Source: Arcobacteraceae bacterium (GTDB lineage: Bacteria > Campylobacterota > Campylobacteria > Campylobacterales > Arcobacteraceae). From it: a DNA stretch of 64,000 bases. Location of the stretch: the NCBI GenBank assembly GCA_963662945.1, contig OY759974.1, positions 992,001 to 1,056,000 on the forward strand. Reading direction: 5' to 3'. Under the pieces are notes generated by a model. It was given only the letters and a program-made list of their open reading frames with translations, did not search any database and was not told where the DNA came from. Both the position numbers and the translations under genes were made by a program. Below, one piece after another: positions 20,387-29,726 of the stretch; position 1 is the stretch's first letter; the number at the start of each line of letters is the position of its first letter.

Positions 20387-20806
20387 CTAAGGATATAACT
20401 CTTCAATTAATTCTCTAATTTTATTATCAGCATTAATAAATTTTCCCATATTAGCTCCTCCAGATAAAGAATCATATAGTGCCTCTCCTATTAACTTGTC
20501 ATTTTGAAAAACAGAGATTTTTGCGTATGCCATATACATAGCTAAATCCCATCTCCAGTTTGCAACATAAGTTGACTTAACAAAACATGTTTGTAAATCA
20601 TCTGAGTTTCTTTCTTTTATAATTACTTTATAGTTTTTACCTTCAAGTGTAGAACGATAAGTTTCTAAAAAAGTATCTCTTACTTTATCATTTTTCACAA
20701 TACAAACTTCTTTTGAATCAAGATTTTTAATACTTTTAACTTCTTGCTTTATTGAGCACCCAGTGAAAAAAACACTAAACAAAACTATTATTAATACATA
20801 CTTCAT
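20387..20806 (-). CDS. Sbal_3080-family lipoprotein
   Basis: Lipobox FTGC; VCIVKNDKVR, YVANWRWDLAMYMAYAKI, KFINADNKI. Confidence 0.75.
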   Translation of the reverse strand: MKYVLIIVLFSVFFTGCSIKQEVKSIKNLDSKEVCIVKNDKVRDTFLETYRSTLEGKNYKVIIKERNSDDLQTCFVKSTYVANWRWDLAMYMAYAKISVFQNDKLIGEALYDSLSGGANMGKFINADNKIRELIEELYP

Positions 20807-20911
20807 TATAACCCTTTATTTTAAGTCACTGATTTTAGCATGTTATTTTAAAACTTAACTTTAGTCTGTATAATTTTTTGCTAGAATTCAAACAAAATAA
20901 AAGGATTTATT

Positions 20912-21394
20912 TTGCAAAAGAAATATGTATTTATATTATTATTTTTATCTAATATATTATTTTCAAAAGAGGTACACTTCAATGAAACTAAATATATCTA
21001 TGCACTTGATAATAAGTTTAGTAAAGTTGGTACTTTAAATATAGAAGATGCTAAAGTTACCTTGCACTACAAAAATAGTGATAAAAAAGTTATATACACA
21101 GATGAAAATATACAAATTATAACTTCAAATACAACTGAAATTTATACCCATGAAGAGAGTCTAGAATACAATATATTTTTCCAACTTGTTCTTGGTATAT
21201 ATACAAACAACACCTCACAATTAGGTGAAAATTTCACACTAAAACAAGATAAAAACCTTGTTACTTTGATACCAAATGAATATCTCTCTTCAGTTATTGA
21301 GACAATCGAATATGAAAAAAACAATAACACACTCAAATTTCTTAAAATAAATTTTACAAATCAAGATAGGATTACTATTGAAGAGACTAAGTAA
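20912..21394 (+). CDS. LolA-like periplasmic carrier (ApeL-like)
   Basis: Signal peptide, FNETKYIYAL...GTL, C-terminal QDRITI; directly before the MMPL gene. Confidence 0.68.
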   Translation: MQKKYVFILLFLSNILFSKEVHFNETKYIYALDNKFSKVGTLNIEDAKVTLHYKNSDKKVIYTDENIQIITSNTTEIYTHEESLEYNIFFQLVLGIYTNNTSQLGENFTLKQDKNLVTLIPNEYLSSVIETIEYEKNNNTLKFLKINFTNQDRITIEETK

Positions 21395-23453
21395 CTACAT
21401 CAATTTTATTATCCTATCCATACTACTTGCTATATTTTTTATAACAAATATTCCCAGTCATATCTCTACACAAATCACAAGTATCCTTCCAAATGGAGAA
21501 AATAAAGCACTGTTGAAAGAGTTTGAAAAACTCAATACAACCAAACAACTTTTTGTAGCCTACAAGGGTGACAATACTATAACACTTGATAAACTTAAAA
21601 ATATAGAACGTATGCTTTTAAAACACAAAAATATTCATCCTTTTACGCAAACAAGTGCCAATAAAATCTTTGAAAAAAAGTATTACTATCTGACTCATAA
21701 ATTCAATGAAACTAAATATAACTCACTAGATATAGTAACTGAACTTTCTTTATTACATAAACAAATTCTCACTTCACCTTTTAGTGTTTCTCTTGATACA
21801 ACTGATCCACTTAATCTTTTTGAAAAAAACTCAACCCTTCGAACCTCTTATGTAAAAATAAAAAACTATGGATATTTAACAATTTTACAACTTGATAAAA
21901 GTATTAATAATTTTACTGCTTATAAAGAGATATATGATTTTGCTCAAAATTTGAAAAAGACAGATACAAATATAGAGGTATTTTCTACTTTGTTTTATTT
22001 TGTGGAAAATCAAGAAAAAATCAAAAATGATGTCAATATCATCATCACTTTTGCATTGAGTATATTATTTATTTTATATATTGTGATTTTAAGAGATATA
22101 AAACTTCTTATTCAAACTATTACTACTCTTGGCTCATCTATTATTTTTGCTATACTTATTAGTATTTTACTATTTGATGAAATATCAATATTTACTATGA
22201 TTTTTGGTATCTCTATCTCAACTATTGCTATTGATTATATGTTCCATAATTATATGCATGGATATTATGAACAAAATAAAGTTACACTCAATAAAGATGT
22301 TTTTTTTGGGATGAGTACAACTGTTGGGGCTCTTTTAATACTCTCCTTTGTTGATTTCAGTTTTATTCAACAACTCACAGTTTTTTCAATATGTGCATTA
22401 CTCTTTTCATATATTCTATTTACTTTTTTATTTCCTTACTTAAATATACAACCACAAAAACCATCAAAACTCATACAAAATAAATTTACAATCAAACCAT
22501 TGTATATAACGATAATTTCAATAATTTTAATCACCCTTGCAATCTCAAATCTAAAAATTGATTTTAATATTAAAAATCTTGATATTGATAATAAAGAGTT
22601 ACAATCTTTAGATAACTTTTTTAATAAACATATAAACAAAGATAAAAAAACAGCTGTATTACTCTATGCATCTTCTATAGAAGAATTAGTAAACTATTCA
22701 CATAACTTACAAATAAAATATCCCAAGATTCAAAATCCACTTGCAAATATTCCAACATCTAATAGTTTTGAAATCTTTGATACAAAAAGATTGAAAGAAT
22801 TGAACAAAAAACTCAATGAAAATGCCAATAAAATTGGCTTTCGAAAAAACTTTTTTCAAAATAGTTATATAGTTCCACAAAATACTCCACAATACACACT
22901 TGAAGCACTTGCAGAATTTCCTATAAGTCAATATAAAAACCTTTTTATAAGTTATGCAATAGTAGCTAACAATGACTATAAAAATATTATTCAAGAACCT
23001 TATATCAAAGCTTTAAGTTTTAAAGAATTATTTCAAAAAGATTTAACAAAGTCTCTAAAAACTTTACAGTATTTATCATTTGTTGCACTACTATTTATAT
23101 TAATTATGCTCTATATTGCTGTAAGAAATAACTTCATGAAAGCTTTAAATTATATTTTATTTCCAATTGCCATAACATTGTTAGTCTCCTTTTTTATAGA
23201 ATTAAATATTTTACATATTTTTATGATGATCATTGTAATCTCAATAAGTATTGACTATGGAATTTATATGAGTAATACAAACCTAAGTAGTAATACGCAA
23301 AAAGCGATATTTTATTCTTTACTTTCTACTTTTGCTGGATTCGGTGTTTTAATTTTTTCTAAGGTAAATGCCCTATTTTCAATTGGTCTTATAGCAACTC
23401 TTGGTATAGTGTCACTTATAATTTTATTATTAACACATAAGGTTCCTCGATGA
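21378..23453 (+). CDS. MMPL/RND-type exporter (ApeM-like)
   Basis: Two TM blocks with IAIDYMFH and ISIDYGIY motifs, STFAGFGVL. Confidence 0.85.
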   Translation: MKRLSNYINFIILSILLAIFFITNIPSHISTQITSILPNGENKALLKEFEKLNTTKQLFVAYKGDNTITLDKLKNIERMLLKHKNIHPFTQTSANKIFEKKYYYLTHKFNETKYNSLDIVTELSLLHKQILTSPFSVSLDTTDPLNLFEKNSTLRTSYVKIKNYGYLTILQLDKSINNFTAYKEIYDFAQNLKKTDTNIEVFSTLFYFVENQEKIKNDVNIIITFALSILFILYIVILRDIKLLIQTITTLGSSIIFAILISILLFDEISIFTMIFGISISTIAIDYMFHNYMHGYYEQNKVTLNKDVFFGMSTTVGALLILSFVDFSFIQQLTVFSICALLFSYILFTFLFPYLNIQPQKPSKLIQNKFTIKPLYITIISIILITLAISNLKIDFNIKNLDIDNKELQSLDNFFNKHINKDKKTAVLLYASSIEELVNYSHNLQIKYPKIQNPLANIPTSNSFEIFDTKRLKELNKKLNENANKIGFRKNFFQNSYIVPQNTPQYTLEALAEFPISQYKNLFISYAIVANNDYKNIIQEPYIKALSFKELFQKDLTKSLKTLQYLSFVALLFILIMLYIAVRNNFMKALNYILFPIAITLLVSFFIELNILHIFMMIIVISISIDYGIYMSNTNLSSNTQKAIFYSLLSTFAGFGVLIFSKVNALFSIGLIATLGIVSLIILLLTHKVPR

Positions 23454-24634
23454 CACTCAAAGTTTACAATGATAATGGTTCAATAACAGAACATATTATC
23501 TGCAAAGATACACTATCAAAAACAACTTTAGAAAATGAAATTACTCATATTGGGTTAAGTACAAAAGAGGAAAATATTTTAAATATTTTTAAAACTTATT
23601 TTAATAATTCAAAAGCGATACTTTTTGATAAAAACAATAAAGCAATCATCGAAAAAATAAAACAAGTTGATTTTAAAGATTTTGATCAATTTGACTTTTC
23701 ATTTATCTATTTTACTTCAGGGACTACAGGTTCCCCTGTTGGTGCTTTCAAAACAAAAGAAAATTTTTTAAGTGAGATTAAACAACTTACAAAACTTTTT
23801 GAAAAATATACAATTAAAAGAGTTATTGTAACTGTTCCTTTTATCCATTTTTACGGTTCACTTTTAGGGGCAATTTATCCTTTGATAAATGATATTGATA
23901 TTATCATCAAAGAACATTTTTTACCTCATGATTTATTGGAGTTAGTAGATGAATACTCAATGGTAGTTACCACACCATTGTATATCAAATCATTAAATAA
24001 ACTTGAGACAAAAAAAGATTTAAGTAAATCAATTTTTATAAGTTCTACTGCACCTCTTTTCCCTGATGTAGCACAAGAGTTTCATACAAATTTTTCCACT
24101 GATGTAATTCAAATTTTTGGTTCAACCGAAACAGGTGGTATCGCTTACAAATACAATGATGATGAAAAGTGGACCCCAATGGATAGTGTTGAAATATCTC
24201 AAAATGAGGAAGGGGAACTTAAAGTAAAATCCCCTTTTATCTCCAATGTTCTTTATGAAGATGAATTTAAAATCACAAACCATACGATTCAAACATTTGA
24301 TTATGTGGAGATTGAAAATAATCAATTCAAACTAGTAGGAAGAAGTTCTCAAATAATAAAACTAGCTGGAAAAAGATATTCTACGGTACAAATAGAAAAT
24401 ATTCTTGAAGCGCAACCAAATATAGAAAAAGCGGTTGTATTTGTAAGTACCCACAAAGATAATTTACGAGGAGAAGAACTTAATATCACCCTTCAAACAA
24501 AAGAAAATATTCTTGTAAAAGATATAAAAACACTTCTTAAAAAAGAGTTGTCTAATATGCGATTTAATATTAATCTCAAATTAGTTGATGAGATAAAAAC
24601 AACGCTCGTTGGAAAAAAGATGTTGATACAATAG
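23450..24634 (+). CDS. AMP-dependent acyl-ACP/CoA ligase (ApeH-like)
   Basis: FTSGTTGSP, TVPFIHFYG, FGSTETGG, GRSSQIIKLAGKR, C-terminal GK. Confidence 0.85.
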   Translation: MTLKVYNDNGSITEHIICKDTLSKTTLENEITHIGLSTKEENILNIFKTYFNNSKAILFDKNNKAIIEKIKQVDFKDFDQFDFSFIYFTSGTTGSPVGAFKTKENFLSEIKQLTKLFEKYTIKRVIVTVPFIHFYGSLLGAIYPLINDIDIIIKEHFLPHDLLELVDEYSMVVTTPLYIKSLNKLETKKDLSKSIFISSTAPLFPDVAQEFHTNFSTDVIQIFGSTETGGIAYKYNDDEKWTPMDSVEISQNEEGELKVKSPFISNVLYEDEFKITNHTIQTFDYVEIENNQFKLVGRSSQIIKLAGKRYSTVQIENILEAQPNIEKAVVFVSTHKDNLRGEELNITLQTKENILVKDIKTLLKKELSNMRFNINLKLVDEIKTTLVGKKMLIQ

Positions 24635-24636
24635 AT

Positions 24637-25497
24637 ATGGCAATAGAGATAAAAAACTTAACTAAATCCTATAAAAACAACAAGGTACTTGATGCCCTTT
24701 CATTAAATATCAAAGAGGGTTCTCTTTTTGGACTTTTAGGACCAAATGGGGCAGGAAAAACCACTTTAGTATCCATTATGAATTATCTTCAATCTTATGA
24801 TAGTGGAACCATAAATATTTTTGGATACGATTATGAAAAAGAGAAAAAACAAATCAAACAAATAAGTTCTTATGTACCACAAACATATGCCTTTTATCCA
24901 AATCTAACTGCATATGAAAATCTTGAATTTTTTGGAGCGTTGTATGGATTGCAAAATACCCAACTAAAAAAAAGAATTAATGAGTGTATCGAGATAACCT
25001 CTTTAGAAAAATTTTTAGATAAACGAGCACACACATATTCAGGTGGAGTAAAAAGAAGATTAAATATTGCAATTGGACTACTTAATAGTCCAAAAATCCT
25101 TTACCTAGATGAACCAACTGTTGGGATTGACCCACAATCAAGGAAATATATTCTTGATGTTATAAAGCAAATTAATAAAGAGGATAAAACAACTATTATT
25201 TATACTTCACATTATATGGAGGAGATAGAATATCTTTGTGATGATATTGCAATTCTTGATAATCAAAAAATTATTTTACACGAAACCAAAGAATTACTTT
25301 TAGATAAAAGCTCTTTACTTACAATCAAAACGGCAGAAAAAGAGATACAAGTTGATGTAAAAAATGGGTATGATAATTTACTTGATACACTCAATCTTCT
25401 TAAAAAGCAAAATATATCTATAGAAAATATTGCTTTTAATAATAAAAATTTAGAAGAGCTATTTTTAAATCTAACAAAAGGGAATTTAAGAGACTAA
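24637..25497 (+). CDS. ABC-2 exporter ATP-binding protein
   Basis: GPNGAGKT, YSGGVKRRL, LDEPTVGID, SHYMEE. Confidence 0.95.
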   Translation: MAIEIKNLTKSYKNNKVLDALSLNIKEGSLFGLLGPNGAGKTTLVSIMNYLQSYDSGTINIFGYDYEKEKKQIKQISSYVPQTYAFYPNLTAYENLEFFGALYGLQNTQLKKRINECIEITSLEKFLDKRAHTYSGGVKRRLNIAIGLLNSPKILYLDEPTVGIDPQSRKYILDVIKQINKEDKTTIIYTSHYMEEIEYLCDDIAILDNQKIILHETKELLLDKSSLLTIKTAEKEIQVDVKNGYDNLLDTLNLLKKQNISIENIAFNNKNLEELFLNLTKGNLRD

Positions 25498-26660
25498 TGT
25501 TTAAATATATTTTAAAAAAAGAATTTTTATTGCTTAGTCGAGATATTCATGCACTTTTAGTATTGTTTATTATGCCTACACTTTTTATTATCATTATGTC
25601 ATTAGCACTACAAAATACCTATTCAAATAGTGTTGATACAAAATTTAAAGTAGCAATCAATACAATAAGCAATAAAGACACAGCCTTTATAACACAAGAG
25701 ATAAATAAAAATAACTATTTTCAAGCACAAATCGTAAATAATGAAAAAATAAAAGAACTTATATATACACAAAATTTTGATTTAATTGTCAATATAGTTC
25801 AAGAGTACAAAACTGATATTAATACAAATAAAAAGGATTTTCACATAGATATTTTTATCAATCCTAATCTTTCTTTACAAAATCAATTATTATTTAAAAA
25901 TCTATTAACAGAAATTATTTCAAAACAAATTATGAAAGAGTATTTTATAAAAAATAAAATAGATGCTAAAACTTTATCTACTTTAAATAAAAAGATGACA
26001 ATTATTCCAACATATAAAGAAGAAAAATTTACTATAAAACCAACTTCTGTACAATACAGTGTACCATCTTGGCTTGTTTTTTCAATGTTTTTTATCCTCA
26101 TTCCAATTTCAAATGCTTTTATAAATGAGAGAAATTTTGGAACCATACAGAGATTAAAAAGTATGAATATTCCTTTTATTTTAATAATTTTAGGTAAAAT
26201 GGTACCATACTTTATAATAAACCAGATTCAAGTGTTATTTATGATACTAGTTGGAATTTATGTTGTACCTTTATTAAATGGAGATACACTTCAAATAAAT
26301 GGTAATTATGGTTTAATTTTTACAATGAGTGGTGCAATTTCATTTGCAGCTATCTCTTTTGCAATATTTATAGCAAATATTAGTAGTACTTCAGAAGAAG
26401 CAACTACAATTGGCGGTGTCTCAAATATAATTTTAGCGGCACTTGGTGGTATTATGGTACCAAAATTTGTGATGCCAGAATTTATGCAAAATATTACAAT
26501 TTTTTCACCTATGAACTGGGGACTTGAAGGGTTATTGGAAATTTTTGTAATAGGTGGTAATTTTAATGATATTAAGGCTTACATCCTTTATCTAATGATA
26601 TTTGGATGTTGCTTTTTATTTTTATCGTATCTATTTTTAAAGAAAAAGGAAAATTTATAA
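25497..26660 (+). CDS. ABC-2 exporter permease
   Basis: KKEFLLLSRD, PTSVQYSVPSWLVFSMFF, ERNFGT, LGGIMVP, SPMNW. Confidence 0.9.
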   Translation: MFKYILKKEFLLLSRDIHALLVLFIMPTLFIIIMSLALQNTYSNSVDTKFKVAINTISNKDTAFITQEINKNNYFQAQIVNNEKIKELIYTQNFDLIVNIVQEYKTDINTNKKDFHIDIFINPNLSLQNQLLFKNLLTEIISKQIMKEYFIKNKIDAKTLSTLNKKMTIIPTYKEEKFTIKPTSVQYSVPSWLVFSMFFILIPISNAFINERNFGTIQRLKSMNIPFILIILGKMVPYFIINQIQVLFMILVGIYVVPLLNGDTLQINGNYGLIFTMSGAISFAAISFAIFIANISSTSEEATTIGGVSNIILAALGGIMVPKFVMPEFMQNITIFSPMNWGLEGLLEIFVIGGNFNDIKAYILYLMIFGCCFLFLSYLFLKKKENL

Positions 26661-26926
26661 TGTCAAGTTTTGACACAGAAGAACTAAAAGAAGAGCTTAA
26701 ACAACTTATTATTGATGAGTGTGAAAAAGATTATGAAGCTTCAGATATAACAAACGATGAGATACTTTTTGGATCTGATTCTAAACTTCAACTTGACTCT
26801 TTAGACGCATTACAAATTTCACTTGCTTTAAACAAAAAATATAATCTTAATACGACAGATAGTAAAGAACTTCGTAAAATAATGGTTTCTATCAACTCTT
26901 TAGCAGAACATATTCAATCAATATAA
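26660..26926 (+). CDS. Acyl carrier protein 2 (DarC-like)
   Basis: LFGSDSKLQLDSLDALQISLAL; ATG at 26660 overlaps the permease stop and follows an AAGGA RBS (ORF track starts at 26606). Confidence 0.9.
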   Translation: MSSFDTEELKEELKQLIIDECEKDYEASDITNDEILFGSDSKLQLDSLDALQISLALNKKYNLNTTDSKELRKIMVSINSLAEHIQSI

Positions 26927-28074
26927 TGAAAAAAGTTTATATAACTGGTTCCTCATTAATTTGTGCGCTAGGTAATGATAAATTTCAAAGCATACAAACT
27001 GCAACACAAATAGAAAATAAAAACTACAAAAATTTTTTCCAAGACAATCATGATGGTTTTAATTTTTTTAAAATAAAGCAAACTTTTTCAAGTGAAAAAG
27101 AGAAATTTTATACAATATTACAAGATGCTGTATCTCAAGCTATAAAAGATGCAAATCTATCAATAGAGGAACAAAAAGAGCTACATATATTTATAGGCTC
27201 AACTTCTATGTCAATATCTATTAATGAAGAGCAAAGTCAACTTTATTATGATAATCAATCTAAAAAAATGCTTGCAGAAATTGGTTATGGAAACATAGGT
27301 ACATTTGTTGAAAAAATTGTAAATTCAAAATATAAAGCAACTATACTGCAAACTGCTTGTACTTCAACAGCAAACTCTATAGCCTATGCAACTGAATTTA
27401 TACAAGCAAATAAAATAAAAAAAGCTTTAATAGTAGGTTTAGAACTTTTTAACAAATCAACATATAAAGGTTTTGAATCCTTAATGCTTTTAAGTAAAAA
27501 TGGTATCTACAAACCTTTTGATAAAGAAAGTGATGGTTTAATTTTAGGGGAAGCCTGTTCAGCGATTATTTTAGATACGAATAAAGTTGAAGATTCTAAT
27601 TTTCAAGTTTTATCATCAAATACCTCTTTTGATAATTATTCTATAACTGGTTCAAATCCCACAGGGGAAACTACTTGTGCATCTATGAAGCAAGCTTTAG
27701 AAAAAGCAAATCTTCGTATCAAAGATTTAACGTGTATTAAAGCCCATGCAACAGGGAGTGAAAATTCAAATCTTTCTGAAGCAAAAGCACTTGATACACT
27801 TTTTAAAATATACAATGAAAAAACTGATGTAGTAATTTTAAAACCATTTTTAGGACATTCACTTGGAGCTTGTGGTACAGCTGAAACTGTTTTGCTTTGT
27901 GAATTTATAAATAAGGGATTTATCCCAAAAACACTTAACTATAAAAATGGTTATGAAGATATATCTTTTGAACCTTTATTAGAAAATAAACCTGTTACTA
28001 ATGCTACAATTTTATTGCAGTTCATAGGTTTTGGCGGAAGTAATGTAACTTTAATATTAAGTAATAAAGGTTAA
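26926..28074 (+). CDS. Beta-ketoacyl-ACP synthase 2
   Basis: QTACTSTAN, IKAHATGS, KPFLGHSLGACG, GFGGSN. Confidence 0.9.
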   Translation: MKKVYITGSSLICALGNDKFQSIQTATQIENKNYKNFFQDNHDGFNFFKIKQTFSSEKEKFYTILQDAVSQAIKDANLSIEEQKELHIFIGSTSMSISINEEQSQLYYDNQSKKMLAEIGYGNIGTFVEKIVNSKYKATILQTACTSTANSIAYATEFIQANKIKKALIVGLELFNKSTYKGFESLMLLSKNGIYKPFDKESDGLILGEACSAIILDTNKVEDSNFQVLSSNTSFDNYSITGSNPTGETTCASMKQALEKANLRIKDLTCIKAHATGSENSNLSEAKALDTLFKIYNEKTDVVILKPFLGHSLGACGTAETVLLCEFINKGFIPKTLNYKNGYEDISFEPLLENKPVTNATILLQFIGFGGSNVTLILSNKG

Positions 28075-28078
28075 ATTT

Positions 28079-28912
28079 ATGTATATTAGCGCAACTTTTA
28101 ATGAAACTTTTCAAAATCATTCAACTAAAGAATATAAACAACTTCTCAAACAACTTACTTCAAAACAATTTAGAAGAGTATCAAAGTTCAATATTATGGC
28201 TATTTATGGTGCTCTTAAATGTCTTGAAAATAAAACTTATACTACAGATATCAATATTTATACAGCAAGTGAATATGGTTGTATTGAAGATATGAATACA
28301 GTACTTATGCAAGTAAGTAAAAAAGATGAAATAGTAATGCCTTTTGATTTTTTAAATATCAATGGAAACAATGTAGGTTTTTTAATCTCAGAAGCACTTA
28401 ATACTCTAGGAAATAACTTTTATATAACTGCGGAAGATGTTTCTTTTGAACAAGCATTTCACTTATCCTATTTTGATCTTTCAATCAATAAAATAAAAGA
28501 AGCCTTAGTTGGTGCTGTTGATGAATCACTTGATTCTGTTACAAATGTAAATAGTATGATTAAAAATCCTGAAGGTTACAAAATTTGTGATGGAACAGCT
28601 TGGTTTTTACTTTCTAAAAATAAAAATAATGCTATTGCTAAAATAGAGCATCTAGAAACATTTAGCAATCTTGAAGAATTAAATAGCTTTTTACAAAATT
28701 TACAATACGATTATCTCAGTTTAAATCTTTCTGCAAAAAAAAATATAACTCATCTAAACATAGTTCAAAAAAAAATTATATCTCAAAATGAAATATTTTT
28801 TGGAACATATAGTGCTATGTATATAAGCCATCTTTTAAACTATAAAGGGAAACTTCTCCATATAAGTTTAGATGAAAATTATAGAGCTTATCTTTTCTAC
28901 TTTAATAAATAA
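28079..28912 (+). CDS. Ketosynthase chain-length factor 2
   Basis: FRRVSKFNIMAIYGA, MPFDFLNINGN, ALVGAVDE; no catalytic triad; follows KS2. Confidence 0.72.
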   Translation: MYISATFNETFQNHSTKEYKQLLKQLTSKQFRRVSKFNIMAIYGALKCLENKTYTTDINIYTASEYGCIEDMNTVLMQVSKKDEIVMPFDFLNINGNNVGFLISEALNTLGNNFYITAEDVSFEQAFHLSYFDLSINKIKEALVGAVDESLDSVTNVNSMIKNPEGYKICDGTAWFLLSKNKNNAIAKIEHLETFSNLEELNSFLQNLQYDYLSLNLSAKKNITHLNIVQKKIISQNEIFFGTYSAMYISHLLNYKGKLLHISLDENYRAYLFYFNK

Positions 28913-28967
28913 TCAACTCTAAATCAATAATTTTGTATAATATCCTAATTTTATACAAAGGTTTTTC

Positions 28968-29726
28968 ATGTTTGATATCATATCCCAAAGTAGCACAAGA
29001 ATAAAAACAGGTGTTGTTTTAGTTATTGCACTCTTATTGATTGGCTTAATTGATTCTTTCTTTCTTATTTGGCTTTTATTTGGCGGATTAATGCTAGTTG
29101 CTCTATATGAAGCTATGAATCTATTTAATATCAATGATGACAAAATTTATATTTATGCTATTTGCATATGGATTGTTGCCTTATTTTATCCAAAACCAGA
29201 AGATATAGTATTTGTAGTGGGAATTATTTTTGCTTCTATTTTAGCATATACAAAAAATTTGAATAAAGAATTATTTCTCCCATTAATGTATCCTATTGCA
29301 TCATATTTATTTTTACTTTCACTTTATATTTCATTTGGAATAGAAAGCTTACTATGGTTACTTGTTGTAGTAGCTGGTGCTGATGTGGGTGCATATTTTG
29401 TTGGGAAAAGTTTTGGTTCAACTCCCTTTTGTGCAACAAGTCCAAATAAAACTTTAGAAGGTGTATTTGGGGGAATTGCAACTGCCGCTATTCTTGGAGT
29501 TACCTTTAGTTTAGATTCCGTTGGATTTTGGTATGCATTAATTATTTCAGTTATTGTTGCAATTGCATCTGTTTTTGGTGATCTATTTGAAAGTTACTTA
29601 AAAAGAGAAGCTGATGTAAAAGATAGTGGAGATATACTCCCAGGTCACGGTGGAATTTTGGATAGAACTGATGGATATTTATTTGGTGGTATTGTGATGT
29701 TAGTATTATTAAGGCTAGTTAGTTGA
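28968..29726 (+). CDS. cdsA: Phosphatidate cytidylyltransferase
   Basis: DVGAYFVG, SPNKTLEG, GDLFESYLKR, KDSGDILPGHGGILDRTD. Confidence 0.96.
   Translation: MFDIISQSSTRIKTGVVLVIALLLIGLIDSFFLIWLLFGGLMLVALYEAMNLFNINDDKIYIYAICIWIVALFYPKPEDIVFVVGIIFASILAYTKNLNKELFLPLMYPIASYLFLLSLYISFGIESLLWLLVVVAGADVGAYFVGKSFGSTPFCATSPNKTLEGVFGGIATAAILGVTFSLDSVGFWYALIISVIVAIASVFGDLFESYLKREADVKDSGDILPGHGGILDRTDGYLFGGIVMLVLLRLVS

Larger units (their letters stand above)
6860..28912. other. Hybrid dialkylresorcinol / aryl-polyene (flexirubin/arcuflavin-like) biosynthetic gene cluster
   Basis: Contiguous darA-darB-BtrH plus type II PKS-like ACP/KS/CLF/DH/KR, ammonia-lyase, AMP ligase, GT2, acyltransferase, LolA, MMPL and ABC genes, many with overlapping start/stop codons, flanked by core genes purL and cdsA. 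Confidence 0.88.

Noticed and set aside
5702-28967. Pigment cluster as an integrative mobile island
   Set aside because: No integrase, transposase, tRNA target or flanking direct repeat was recognised. Horizontal origin remains possible but is not supported from this window.
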